Source: Bugula neritina (Eukaryota; Animalia; Bryozoa). Taken from it: a stretch of 64,000 nt of DNA. The stretch covers positions 18,382,259 to 18,446,258 of the forward strand of contig OZ037767.1 of assembly GCA_964035545.1 (NCBI GenBank), given 5' to 3'. Of this stretch, positions 33,901 through 53,683 are shown one piece after another. Each line of letters starts with the position of its first letter. Within the stretch, counting starts at the first letter, position 1. The position numbers and the translations under genes are program-made. Below the pieces are notes generated by a model. The model was not told the DNA's origin. It saw nothing but the letters and a program-made list of their open reading frames with translations, and searched no databases.

Positions 33901-36900
33901 AGTGAGCAAAATGTTTATGCAAATTTAGTTTTATTGAACAAAGACAGCAACTTATGATTAACTTTCATAGTGCTAGTCTTTGGATTGTCAAGTTTTTTTC
34001 AAACCTATGTTAAAAGAAACCTAATTTTTGGTTCAACCAGCCCCACTTTCCTGTATTTTATCTAATAATGTTGGTTATATCAGTTGTTATAAACACCAAA
34101 TCATAATTTCTAAAACTTCATCTGAAGCAATAACAAGTTCTGATGTTATCTTACATGATATAATCGATGCAGACTTATTTTACATTCATTTCACAATATA
34201 GAAATATGTTTGAGAATGCAAGTAGCTTGTCAGTTTCCAATCAAAATATTACACAGGCAAGCAAGTGTGTCATGTAATGACAATTGTGCCAACAGAAAAT
34301 CGAAAATTATAGCACCAATTAAAATGATAGACTTTGGGGCAATAACTTATAGGGAGGTATTTATAGATAGAATGGGTACTTAAAATTGCGAGAGGGATGA
34401 AGGTTGGTGTTACCCTGAGAGTGTGCTTAGTGCAGCTAATGATGATTAACGTAGCAGTGCTCTAGAGTATAGATTATAGAATGTTAACTTAACATAGCTG
34501 TGCTAGAGTATAGATTGCAAAATATAGTGTGCAGTGCTGTACAAAGTATAGCATATAAGTTAGGAATTATAAAATGACTATACTGCTGATTTTGTGTCTA
34601 TACAGTTGAGTATTACCACTGCAAACCTTTTAAGCCTACACAGAAGTATTAGTATCTTACTGCAGGTGCTGAATAGAAGTGGGAGTTGGTTTGCAATACT
34701 GCTGCTCTCAATGCACTCTTTGAGCCAGAAGGCTAAGCATAGTTTGGAACTTAAGCTAAGCTTCTCTACGACTGTAATATTATTATTAATAAAGATCAGA
34801 CTGTATTACATGTGTATATTATCGATAATCAGTATGATTATTGTATGTTGCAATTCTCCCAGATTCAGGGACAGAAATGTGTTTTCTTTGGTAGTTTCAA
34901 CCACTACAACTTTTCCTTTACAAAAAAAAGTAAGTGACAAAATGAGTAAAGGTATTACCTATGTTATGGTGAGAAGTTCTAAATAACATTTTTCAACTAC
35001 ATCATACAACATGTAGTTAGTGCTGATCAGGAATTTTGTATGTCTGAGTTTATACTTGCTATCCTGTAAGAACACCTGCATTCGAAAAAAAGTGAATACT
35101 ACTAAAGGTTCCTCCTAACACATGATCACTAACGGCCTTACTGAGATTCGAATCACTGACCTTGTGTTTACTAGGCCAGTGCTCTAACTGCATGCTAGAC
35201 CTATATTGCTGCATGCTAACTGCATGCTAGACCTAACTCTAACTGCATGCTAGACCTACGTTCCTGCTGCCTTTCCCAGCAGTTAAAGTTACCTTTATTA
35301 AAATATTTTCTGTAGATTGTAGATATTGGCACTACTAAACTCTATTCAGATCATCCTACTTTAAAGTTTTCAAGTTGAATCACAAACTGCAGATGAAGCT
35401 GTTGCAGGATGCAGAGCGTTCAGCTAATATAGATCTACTGATTACTGAATAAGACATTCGTATAATCTATTTAAAGGTTGCTGTTATCTTCTAGAATTCA
35501 GACTGTGAACTTACATGAGTGCTGAATAAAACCATGCCACACCCTTCTATAGCTCCAGGGTGAACCTCTATGGCTATGGAGTCCCACAGAATTTCTGTGT
35601 TCTGTTGACATGAAAACTGGCTTCTGATGTAATAAAATGGAGGATGGCTGTTGTGAAAAGATCTGTATTCATCTCCCTTCATCACTACATAATTTTTATT
35701 ATATTATATATGTTACATAATGTTAATTTAAAGAGATACCCCTAATAGAAAGGGTTCTTGCTAAAGCAAGCTAAGAACTTGTTTTAATGAGACACAGGAG
35801 CAATTATGACTGGATGTTTTTCCTAACATCACCAATGGTCTTTGTCTGGGCTCAAACCCATGACCTCGTGTTTACATATAGGCATACGCTCTAACTCCTA
35901 GACCACAGCTGCTCCCTTACATTATATTATATTACATTATATTATATTAAATTGTATCAAACTGTATTATATTATATTACATGATACTATTATATTAAAT
36001 TGTATTATATTATACTATATCATATATTATATCACATTATATGTTTTAGAACTGCTCAAAGTAACATAAAATAGAGTTGATATTGACTAAATATAAGCCA
36101 CAGTCTTGAAACAAACATATCACTGTACGTGGTGTCATGCATTCATATTAGAAGTTGTTGTATAGTTTAAATGAGTCATCAAAACTGCCATGCAGCTTAA
36201 GTGTAACAAAACAACGTACAGTTCAACAATTTCTGGAGCACATCTGTCACATTAGTCAACTATAAACTCAATTTAAATGAAATTAAACTGAACTTTAGGT
36301 GATTATTTCACTTTCAACAGCTGATTACTGCACTCATCAAATTTATAGATTTGATCAGGTTTTACGAAATAGAAATTGAAGAATTTCAGACTCCCTAATG
36401 TGCTTAGATACAATAGTTTGCTAAAATTTGCAATAACAGTCATTCATCATTTTAACTAGCAGCAACGATTAAACTAATTAAATTTAAAACAGATAAGACT
36501 ACTTTCAATTTTGTTTCAAGATCAGAGCTTTTGAAATGACAAAAAAATATGAGCTGTAGAAACTTCTATGGAATTAGTGGGTATAGATATGCAGAAGTAA
36601 GACATAAATCTTGGCTTTGCATAATTAGTCATTGATGTATTCACAGCCTCCAATTTCTTTTTGGTAGTTTTGTGGCTGAATTAGTTGCCAAACAACTTTT
36701 TACCATATTAGTTTCACTTATATACTAAATCATGCCGCAGTTTTAGCTTCTTTTGTTGATATCAGTTTGAAAATAATTCTTATGTCAATGATATGCACAT
36801 CTATTTCTTAATTTCCCTTTGGAAAAAACTAAATGAAGGTTTCAATATTTTTAAAGTAATTGAAAACAACAAAGCTAAAATAAATAGCTTTTCTTTAAAA

Positions 36901-37138
36901 CAAGTTGTTTTTGGAAAACTTTTGAAAAACCCTTTGCTAATGAAATAAAGCGATGGCTATTTATTATAAAAAAACATTGACTTTCAATGTTGAATATCGT
37001 AAAATAGTAACTTAGCTAAAAATGCTGTAGAATTGCTAAACAATGCTAAAAGCAACTCTTAGCAAAAGACTTACCACTGACTTGCAAGGCTATTAAGAAG
37101 ATGCATGATATAAGCCTTAATAAACTGGAGAGCTCCAT
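30958..37138 (-). CDS. Orphan type I membrane protein (signal peptide, Cys-containing ectodomain, Pro/Ser/Thr stalk, TM, short tail); middle exons at 34.6-35.7 kb unresolved
   Basis: Exon 1 MELSSLLRLISCIFLIALQVS/GTAAGT (37138-37075); exon ~32747-32540 APTLWSDIDGC...HLMYSCK; stalk exons ~31954-31774 and ~31468-31358; last exon LTVIISSSVAAIAVLLLALVIVIKIVKRRK. The last four exons join in phase 1. Confidence 0.65.
32446..32564. repeat. 29-bp tandem repeat x4 of an exon end plus splice donor
   Basis: Minus-strand unit CACCTGGTGTACTCTTGTAAAG/GTAAGTT; donors at 32539, 32510, 32481 and 32452. Confidence 0.93.
35135..35200 (-). mobile_element. SINE head fragment (same family as 35750-35915)
   Basis: Minus strand GTTAGAGCACTGGCCTAGTAAACACAAGGTCAGTGATTCGAATC. 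Confidence 0.6.
35750..35915 (-). mobile_element. tRNA-derived SINE with intact head
   Basis: A box TGGTCTAGGAGTTAG, B box GGTTTGAGCC; body matches 16409-16535. Confidence 0.8.
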
Positions 37139-37872
37139 CTAGATGCTTTATAAACATTGAAACTAATAGCTTAAACAAGATGAGAGCTAGTTTCCCTTCA
37201 TCTCTGCTCGATATCTACAGATGAATTAATGGCAGAAGATGCATGCATCACCAGATTATCACTGTAGCACTAGTTGCTATGGTAACAGACTGATGATTCA
37301 TCTCCCAACAATCTGAATACTTCCAGGAGAATAGCTAAAGCATAGAGTAATTGAATTCACAATTTCCTGCAAATTAATAGACAATATTCTTAGCTAAACC
37401 TTCTGATTCTAAATACTAAATGTTTTTTAAGCAATGCAAGTCATTTAATTTCTTATCTGTTGTTTTTATAGTGTTATTTAACATGAAGTGATTCAAAAAA
37501 ATTAGCTTTGATGAAGAATATATTATAATATTTTATAGTTATGTTTTATAATTACTGTAAAATGTAAAATATGTAAGCTAGTACTCTGGTACATATAATT
37601 ATTACATTATATTTACCTGTGTGCAACTTTTTTCTCTACAGCTTATTATAATATTGGTATTTTTTTCAAAATGTTTTTGCCAACACTATGTTAAAGCCAA
37701 TTCCTTAGTTTGAAGAAAAATTTGAATGCATAAAGGAATGTTAGCTTACAGATCAGATTTCCTCCACAAGCTACATAATACTGATCAGCTTTGAGAACTA
37801 ATTGCTTTGATTGATTCATATTTCAAGTCTTTCACAAGACTCCAGAACTTTCTCTGTTTGCCTATTTTATTG

Positions 37873-39091
37873 TAGGGGTAAGGGGGGGCACAATGGATTG
37901 ATTTTTTGAATTTTTTGCTCTCATTCATCTGTTTTTCAAGTTTTTAGTTTAATAATCTTTAGTCTAAATGCAACACCAGTTGTCTATTATAGGCATCAGT
38001 TTGTTGTTTCTATCTCTTTCACAACTTTCAGAATCACGAAATTGCCATGGCGAAAAAACCGGCCCATTGTGCCCCTGTACCAGGGTACATTGGGCCACTG
38101 GGTGAGACACAACAAATATATTGAAACTTTGCTGATTTGATTGTATCTAATCTTTATTTATTTAATATGCACAATTAAATAAAAATACTCTTTCCGATCT
38201 ACAGCAAAAATCATGTTTTAGCTGTACCGTTTGGGCACCCACAGATAGCAGGGGAGGCAAAATGAAATGCACATTACTCATTTCTACGGTGCCATCACCA
38301 TTATTGTTTAGAACTAAAAATGTTTCTTCTATTTCCACTTCACAGGAACTTTCATCAGAAAAAACTTTATTAACATATACTACAAAACTCCAGGTGGACT
38401 TTTTTCTATGAACTATAGCTAAGGTGCATGGCTTCAGTTTATGGCTAGAGTTTGGAAAGGGGCAGGGAGGAGATGAGCAACACAATTTATTTTAGTCAAA
38501 TACATTATGGCAAAGCTATAAGCTCACCAGGTGTATATTTTAAGGCAGCTTAACTTGTAGTTTGGTAGTCTTACTGCGGTGTCTTTGATATTTTATAATA
38601 AAAAGGTTAGAAATGGCTATATCTATAGATATGTTTAACATTTCAACCAACTTTTTGAGCAAACAAACTAATAACAGTGATAAGGGTGCAATGGTCAGGT
38701 GGCTCATTGTGCCTGTGTGGCCAATTTGAAAATAAATGTGGCTCAAAGAAAATTTATCTTAGAGTTTGCTATTATACTAATTAAGCAATGTAGAGAAAAC
38801 ATATGTAAAGACAATGACAACAATATCAGTAAAAATAGGCTTGTTACTTTTGAGTGTAAAAAGTTTTAAAGCTTTAATGACATCTTGAAAACTTTGCAAG
38901 AAGTAGGTAATAACAGTTTTTGACTTGCCTTTTCTACATGCATGCTCCGTAAGTGTTGAAACCACAAAGGCTGAATAATTATATCATTACCTTTTTATTA
39001 AAAAAACTCACAGCTTCAAGTCAATAAGTTCTCTCATAATTTGACCGAGTGTTTGTACCCCTATGACCGTTGTGCCCTTCCCTTTTCCCTA
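37873..39091. mobile_element. Degenerate non-autonomous TIR element (TA-flanked)
   Basis: Left TAGGGGTAAGGGGGGGCACAATGG; right end reverse complement TAGGGAAAAGGGAAGGGCACAACGG; internal CATTGTGCC repeats. Confidence 0.5.
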
Positions 39092-40142
39092 TGGGATAAT
39101 TCATAATATTTTATTTCTCATACATTGAAATATAGCAATTTAATTGGATAAAAGACACTAACAGTCTGATATTGGTGCAGTGTTGAAGAAATCAGGAATG
39201 ACAAGTGTTTGAGATAAAAAACATAGTAAAAGAAGTTGTGTTATCACAATTATCTTATCAACAGCCTCATGCAGACTAAAATTATTTGAAGAAATTAAAA
39301 AATTTGGTGTCATTTATATATTGAGTGAAAGTTTTAAAAATTATTATTGCAGTAGGAATTGAAAAAAATTCTGAGATATATCCAAGCTGCATACTGTTTG
39401 GTGTTAGACATCATAACAGCTTGAAGGCATTTCACCTTACAATTTGAATAAATTATGTATTTGAAAAACCTATGTTAAAGAGGTATATTTTATCTATGTA
39501 TATATTGTGTTGTTATCAAAATGCTTATTATGATACAGTACATATATAAGAAGTGAAGCAAAATGTTTAGAAATTGTATTATGGGATACGTATAATAATG
39601 CATGATTATAACTTAGTATAACAAAACTCAATTATATTTTATAATCTCACACTATAGCTTTCAATTTTTGCTAAAACTCTTTGTTATTTGTAGAGGTTTC
39701 TTCCAATAGCCATGCTTCTTACCAAAAGGTAGCTTTGTACATCAGAGTTTTAGCAAGCTTGTTGGCAGGTTTAGCTGCTGCTGGTATAAAAGATTTATGA
39801 ACATAAAGTGCTTGGCAAGTGAATGTTACTTTTCTCCGTATATGAGTTGAGAAAACTTAAAACTAAAAGTAAACTGTTAAGAAACTAGGGTAAGTTAATT
39901 AAATAACCTTGGTTTTGCTAATCATGTCAGCTTAACACTATATTGAGATCTCACTCATTCTATTAGGTGAGTTACAAATCTTTTTGCTGTATCCCATTAT
40001 TTCAAATAAACTAGACTGAGTTTTAAAGGTATTTGTGCTACTTGTGAGCGTTTATTTTACTTACTAGTAATGAAATTGATGCACCAAGTAAGGAGTTTTA
40101 TATCAAAATAAAATTTATTATAGTGGAGACATTTACAGCAGA

Positions 40143-45591
<5,449 letters not shown>

Positions 45592-46407
45592 ATAAATAAT
45601 GCATATCCCAGTTACCTGCTTTATTTGAGGCATGGTTAAAAAGTACTTATGTTTGCTCATCTTTTGAGGATATTTTGAATTTAGCTGTTGTGTTTTTTTT
45701 AAATTAATTTACAGAATTGTCAAATAAACTTCATTTTTGCTTTTGTTTTAATTCATTTTTTCAGACTGTTTACTGCTTAATAACTAAAAAATTTTGCCTG
45801 TTACAATTTTTATGCTGCTAAAAAAATAAAACACTTTAATTTTGGTTTTGTACTTTGTAAAACGCCAACCTATAAGCCTAAAAGTCAAAAACAAGAGTAT
45901 AGCAGTATTGGTAAAGCTTTTTATAGATGCAGTTTAAAAATTCAAATACAAAGGAATATATTCCAGTTATGAAAAAAGAAATGGCAGTATTTAGATAGTT
46001 TCAGTAGACTATTAACACTAGACCCTGTGACAGCCATGTTTATTAGGTGGGCACAGCTGGGACTTCATTGAAGGTGTAAACACCATTGAATGTTTAATAT
46101 CTTTGATCATAGTATAAGTATTTGTAATGATATAGAAGAATTTGATCTTGTGGATGTCATTAAAGCAGTATAATAACATTAAAGTAACAGAAATCTTTAT
46201 TCCCACAAAGAATATTAATATCTAAATTGAAAATGAAAACATGTCTCTAGTCTACTAAATAGTTTGGTTATATGCACAAATCATATCAATAATATTGGTT
46301 GAGCAATTATTTACAATATTGCAAAATATATTATGTCCTATTTCACGAAAAATGTCTGAAGTATTCAGCTTCATTCATGCTTCTGATTGGTTGAATTTTT
46401 TGTCACA

Positions 46408-49400
46408 TCATATCCTGGTTGTCTGACTACTAACTTGTAATCTGGAATCAGATTCCTAAAATAAATGTTTAAAGGATTAAGTCAGTCAACATTTGCATAT
46501 ATATTTGTTCTAGAGTAACATCATTAGCTATTATTTTATATTGTAAAACTATTAATACAATTTTGACTATAAATAATTTGAAGGTCTCAATCAAAAATTA
46601 GAAAGTCGATTACTGCAGAGAAACAACTGTGTGATCTTTATATCATGTGAATACTCACCACACATACTTTAATATATTACAATTTGTATCAAAGAAGCAC
46701 CTACTAGAGGGCATATGTGTATCACTTTAAATTCTATTTACAAGTTTAGCGGTGTGGTTCACATGTATATAAATTTAACATCCAATGTTAGTGTTAGCCA
46801 CGTAGTGTTACTTGAGAACTATATTAAATATCGAAATCAGTATTCGATGTGAGCTATCTTCATAACTCAATGTCAGAGAATATGCAGAAGGGAAGTCAGA
46901 TTCTTACCAAATCGTCTGAGTGATTCACGTGCTCATCATTTTGATAGGCTGAGTTTGACATGGGGTTAGGGTACCTGTATGTCTCGGATATCTCGTAGTC
47001 GTGGATAGAGTTGGCACCCGCCAAGTAAGACTTTTTCAGTCTGTCTGTCTTCTCTATTCGTCTTTGTTTAAATCTAAATAAAAAGAGAATATTCGCTATA
47101 AAATACTGTTAGAATGCTGTTATAAATTAACCGTTGAGCATGCAGACAACCATATACTTATAAGTTGTCGACTGCTTCATTATATGCACACACACACGCA
47201 CACACACACACACACACACACGCACGCACGCACGCAGTCTTAGTCTTAGTCTTAGTCTTAGTCTTAGTCTTAGTCTTAGTCTTAGTCTTAGTCTTAGTCT
47301 TAGTCTTAGTCTTAGTCTGAGTTGCACTTATAATTCACATACTTGTTGTAGGAATAGTTTATATAAAATAAAGTAAAACAAGAGTTGTCATACCTCACGC
47401 ATAGCACAGTTGAGACCATTATAAGCAGAACTATGAATGCCGCCGTAGGAGCAACAATTACAATTATGAGGAGCTCTCCTTCCCATACAACACCTGAAAC
47501 ACACAAATCAACTATATCAGATTAATTCAATTTTCAGTTTTAGAACAATATTATTAATGGAAATATAAAATGATTATATTATTAATTTAACTCAAGGTAC
47601 CAATTAAAGCCTGTTTAAAATATTGCTTCGTCGTGTTAACAATAGTTGAACAATTGTTATTCTCATAGCTGTTTAATAAAACTCAGTGTAGTTGAATTTC
47701 ATTAGTTTTGTTTTGTTTTTAAACATGTAATGTATTATGTGCTGTATGTAAATCAAGGATAATTTTGGTTTTCATCAACTGTTATAGTAGACTTGAAAAC
47801 TTTTTTTAGACAGTATGGTATATGTATAAGTTTTTCAAATAGCATGCAGCTTGTTTTATTAGATAGTGTTATGTAAATTGGTAAAGTTTAGTGGAAACTT
47901 CTTTTTGTGTTTGAACAAGCCCTGTACATAGTAGTCTGCTGCTAACAGTAATGAGTTGCTATGGAGACCATGGCCATTGCTATGGTTTTTGAATCTAATT
48001 GCTTTGTAATTTTGTACTGCATTTTAATGCTGATTTAAAGCACTGAATATTTATTGTATCAAGTAATCTGTGAGTCAAGGTCATGCTAGGTGTGAATCAC
48101 ATCCTGATATAAACCTACTAAGAACCTAGTTTAGTTTCAACACAACACACCACTAATTACTTGGTCTAAATCCACGTCATATTATCAAGTTGTTTAGTAA
48201 AAACCTCTTCACTAGCAATATGAGAGGAATTTGACTGCTTCATCTTATGTTATTAAAAATTTCATGGAGGCAACAGTCTTAGAAGCGATTGAATAGTGTG
48301 AAAATTGGAAAATTAGTTTCTAATAAGGAATCAAATATTGAAAGCTTCAATTCTGTCTGGATACTTTAAGCAAATCTAATCATACATTAAATTCCTACAA
48401 CCATATATCACTAGAGCACAGTTGTACACACTTATACACACTGGTATCACTATAATGGTATTCTCTTCTCACACAGATAGCATTTGCTTAGTAATGACCC
48501 GGTAGCAAGTTTCTAATACAATTTCACTGATGAGGTCAAATGTGGCCAGTTTTTATTTGAAATGTAGTAGTTGTCATGATCTCATAAATTTTAGTTTCCT
48601 ATTTTTAGAAGCTTGAAAATTATGGCTAACTGGGAACAGGAATCATATAGAATGTGTTGTGAGATTAAAAATAACTTGCTTATCTTTTTGTGATGTTGAG
48701 TCAACATCTTTTCTTTAAATTTATGAATTACTAGCAAACCAGGGTAAAATATAGTAATATCTTAAAACTGATGCAGAAAGATGTAAACAGCAATTAATTG
48801 AATGAATTTATGCCAATGCAATTAGTTTAAGTGAGCGAGTTTACGCACCAGTCTTAGTTCTATCAGTTGCTCCGACATCAACAGATTGGTTGGCAGATTT
48901 AGTGGATGCTACCTCTCCACCAGAGGGAGCTGTCACTCCAGAGGACAGAGGTTTAGTTGGAGTTGGTGACTTTGTGGAAGTAGATGCAGGCATACTTAGA
49001 TTTCTATTTGTTGTAGACGGTTGGGCTGCGGTAGTAGCAATACTAGATGATGTTGTATTTACTGAAGGGGTAGATACTTCTGACGCAGTAATAACAGTGT
49101 CACTAGTTGTAGTAGTTGTTGCAGTAGTTGTCGTTGTTGTAGTAGTCGTTGTGGCAGTTGTTGTAGTAGTTGGAAGAGGTGTGGTGGTGGTGGGCTGGGA
49201 GCTACCTGTAAATATATAACACACTCGTTCAGATTGGTTTAGACATATAACAGCTCAACAACGATATCTATAACTACTCTTCAACTCACTGTCATACTCC
49301 GCAGTGATCTCTAAAGCTGGTAAATATGATCGAGGTATACTAAGGCCTGTTGTAGATGTCACTCGCTCTTCCTCAGTTGCAGCTGCAGCACTATTTGGCT

Positions 49401-52400
49401 TGGCTTTAGAAGAATACCCACCGTAAGTGATCCAGTAATCTGTGATAGCCTGTGGAACACCACATAAACCATAGTCGATTATAATCAATCAATCAATCAG
49501 ACAGTAAAATCAATTATAGTTTAGCAGGCTTCAAATGAAGAAATGCTCTAAGTTATTTTTTTCAAGTTTCTCAAGTGGATGAAGACGTGTTAATTATTTG
49601 CAATATGCCAAATCTTTCACATGAAATGGTCAACTCTGTTCATTAAAGTCATACATTGCTTCTCTTGTGGTGAAAGAGTTATAATTACATTTTAAGTGCT
49701 TAGACTAAGCAAATGTCTAAAACTTTCTTTATTATTATCCAAGTGGTGATAATTGCTCTCGTAATAGTTTTAGTTGATAATTATTGTATGCATTGTTATG
49801 TAGCAGTTTATTTATTATACAATAGCGTGTGCTACATGTTGTTGGAGTTGTGTATCCACCTCTTTAAGTCTCATCAGAGCAAGGAAAACTTATTTAACAC
49901 ACATATCTTTTGTAACCACAGTTTGCTTACATCAGCACTCACAATAGTCACTTAGAGCCTATAATTCAGACTTTTTAGCCCTGCTAAACACACTGCAGGT
50001 TAAACTGCTACTAGTGCATGAATGAGGCTGATGCTTGTTGTTTATCAATAGATTGGTTGTATAGTATAGTTAATAAAACTTACTGACAATGCAACTGTAA
50101 AATGGATATTGGTCAAACTACAAACAGTATATGTATAACTTCAAGAAGTTCTTTACTAACAACTGTGACCAGTGTTTTCTAAATATATATTAATATAAAA
50201 ATCATATCATTGTGGACCCTATTAACAAAAAAATGTTATTAACATGTTTTATATTCAGTTGAATGAAAATTTAGCAATTCTTTTGATGAAGTTATTTTTA
50301 GAGTGCCCCATAATAAAATGCTTCTCAATTAATTAACTAAAATTTTCCCAAGTAGAAGAAGTAATATTCACCATCATATGGTATGACTAAATTTATGTAC
50401 AGTAGGAAAACATTTTAATAGTTTAAGCCCTATAGTTGTCTTGAATAATTTTAGTTTGCAATTCCATTTAAAATACTACAGGGAAAAAGAAGAACATAAT
50501 TTGTTTTGCAGGAGCTATGATCATTCAGAACACCTGATTTCCCAATAGCAGAATGGTAACCATCAAGCATTGCAATTGTTTTGACTAGTTGTAGCAGTAT
50601 TACTGAATGTTATTTAATAAATATCGATGTTTTCTGTCGCTTGTTCTTCTCTCATATCTTTATTTCCTCATTATACTTTGTTTTGAAATAATGTATAGAA
50701 TACTTTAGATTCCCAAATGATAGGATGCAACATCTACCTGTCCAGGGTTCTTCAGTGTTCCAACAGGGTAAGTTATTGGAATCCATAGACCAATAAGGTT
50801 GTCAACATCAACCTCCACTCTGGTGGGTAACGTATATGTGTTTATACTGTCAGCACTGCTGGGGACTACAGTCACTGCTGACTCTATCAGAAGGCTGCCA
50901 TTTGAATATTTCTTCCATATTTGAAGATCAAAGGGCTCTATAGAAGTTGGCAAGTATTTGACTTGTGTCAGGTTCTACAAGTATAATATAGTATAGTTAG
51001 TACAGTTACAACACAGCTACTACTGGCTGGTAACCATGGTTACATACTTATAGATTTAGTTAAATTGATACTTGCCATCTTATGACACCATAATCATAGT
51101 GATCACTGACAAAACAGCAAACATGGTGTGTTACTAATTTTATTTAGTTTGGGATTTTAATTGTGGGTGAAGATTTTAGGTTTCAACACAGGTAACAGTT
51201 CTTAGGTAGAAAACAATCTAATATAATATTATTACATTATGTAGAATTCTGATATAATAATTATATTAAACAAGGATTAAGCTGATGTGTGGTTTTATTA
51301 ACTTTGATCTTAACTAATGTAGAAGTAATCTTTCTAATTTCATCAAATATATCTGACATTTTAATGTTGACATAAATGCTATTATAGCTATTAAAATTGT
51401 CAACTGTATGAACTATTGTTTATTGGAAATGACAAAAATTGTAATGATTGTCGATATATTTAAAATTTAAAGGATCTTTTATCAAAGCTATAACATTTAC
51501 AAAACACTATAAACTTTAAAATAGATCAACTGGCACGCCACCAACCTGTCGCTCACTGGTTGACACCAACAAGTAATTAATGTATATTAATAACAAAACT
51601 AAAAAATTATAGAATCTCTTGGCTCTTGGATAAAGGTTTCCAATATAAAAGCATATAATATTAAGCTGTATTAGCAGGTTGACCTACATATATGATTCTT
51701 TAATAACAATAAATGATTAGGCAAGACTCTGTACAGGACCAAGTACAATTACAAGTCTCTATATAGCAAACAAACTTGAAATGTTTCAAGTATATATACT
51801 CTCCTATAAGCAGCTACTATAATACAAAACATTGTCTCTAGATTCCAGTGAAAAGTGAATGATAATCAGGTGGTGACGCTAACCTTCTATTTATACTTAA
51901 CTTAATCATTAGAATACAATATAATATAGTTATCCACCATAACAGGCTTTGCATGAGAAGTCACCTGTGTGGCTATAGACCCAGATTACCAAGGATTATA
52001 TAGAGAAGTAAGACTTATATCTCATATTATTTGATATACACACGCCTAACATAATATCCTTAGCAACTCACCCCTCTGACTGTTGATCTCAGACTACCAA
52101 ACACATGGGAGTAATAGAGAAAAGATCCAGGGGCTATGTTGTGTGGCTGAGCCTGCACGTCATCCATGCTCTGTAGAGTTGGGTACTTGTCGAAAGTGAA
52201 GTCAGGGTGGGAGATGACTACAGTCTCCAGTTGACTCACAGCAACTGAAATATCAAACTATCAGCTTATCAACACATTATGAATGTTACTCAAAACTGAA
52301 TATTTAGTAGTTATATATTTCATCATTTGACAGTGTTTCAGTAAACCCCCACCCCTCTGCGTGCATGAAGCTGTGCTTTTACTTATAATTATGGCTATAG

Positions 52401-53683
52401 ACGCTTTCTTAGACTCCAATTAATTATAATACAATTGGAAATTTTATCATAATTCTACTCCATAAAAGAAGAAATGTATGTGCTAATAAGTAAATTACCA
52501 TAGTCTATTACATCGTATATTGGCCTACTAAGTGTATTTCATCTCAGAAGTTGAAGCTTACATAGCACCCTATTAGCTAACAGTAAAAAACAATGAGAAA
52601 GCAAGTGTTCCTTTTTCTATCTTTAGTTGACTTACACAACTAGTTTAAGTACCAATATCAGAGTCAGATTACTTATAATTTTATCTAATAAAATTTCACA
52701 GAATGTAATATATCTAATATGATATAGGGCTACATGCAATGATAGTATAATGTCATGATATAATATAGTATGGCATTGTAGTAAAATATATAAAAACTTG
52801 AATGCTGTAAACAAGTATTGCATGCATACTACAAGATATCCACATTATTAATCTTCGATTCTACCATAAAAACTACAACATTTTGTTATATAAAATTGCA
52901 AACTAGTTTTTTGTTGCATCGATTGTTCATTATGTAGTTGAATAATGATTTGTGGAGCTGTAACAGCTTCTCAACATCTGCTGTTAACTGCTAACTGCTA
53001 ACTGAGAGTAATGAACCAGTGAGCATTCGCTTGAAGAGGTGATTGTGACGATAATGGGCTGATTTTGGTACTGCCTGTGAGTCACTGTCTACTGACAGGT
53101 GAGAATAGAGACGGGAACAGGTTGTAACAGGTGCTAGCTTTTTCCAACAGAAGTATAACAAACTGGTGACAACATTAATATCAATATAACTGATGGTATA
53201 ATCTTCCAGGTGTATTTGTGAATTGGCATATCATCACCATACTGAAGAAGGAACAGTGATACGTACAGCACAGATGACTAGTGCGTGTAGAAATATTACA
53301 TCAGTCACATTATAGAGTTGTGTTATGATACAACAGACCAGCAGGGGGGAGGGGAGGGGGAGGAGGGGGTACCTATGCTATTGGTCAAGAGTGCCAATAT
53401 TTTTCAGTTATAGTATAGCAGTTCAACAACACAGCAATGGCAATGTTGAGTATGGTACTACAGTTACTAGCTTCACACGTTGTGATAATTATGTAGAATA
53501 ACCTCAACAGTATAGGCATGAGATGTCAAGTAACTAAAATTACAGCGGACAAGGGGGGGGGGGTTATCATAAGGAAAAATTATTTGAACAAGTTGTTTGA
53601 AATGATATGAAAAAGAATCTGTATCAATGATTAAACTTACCAGATATACCTCCTAGAAAGATTGAAAACCATATCCAGCTCAT
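46408..53683 (-). CDS. Orphan type I membrane protein: signal peptide, ~200-aa ectodomain, Thr-rich mucin stalk, TM, Tyr-containing tail ending TTRI. Approximate exons: 53683-53641, 52244-52072, 50974-50738, 49449-49290, 49206-48848, 47492-47395, 47073-46908, 46455-46408
   Basis: MSWIWFSIFLGGIS/VAVS signal; phase-compatible GT-AG exons; TM LLIIVIVAPTAAFIVLLIMVSTVLCV followed by RFKQRR. Confidence 0.75.
47186..47318. repeat. (CA)n plus (AGTCTT)~14 microsatellite
   Basis: Seen directly. Confidence 0.97.

Noticed and set aside
33819-34052. Possible MITE with GGGGTGGTTCAAC-like inverted ends
   Set aside because: Ends too degenerate and no TSD could be defined.
47237-47318. (TTAGTC)n as interstitial telomeric repeat
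   Set aside because: The unit is not TTAGGG or TTAGG; ordinary hexamer microsatellite.
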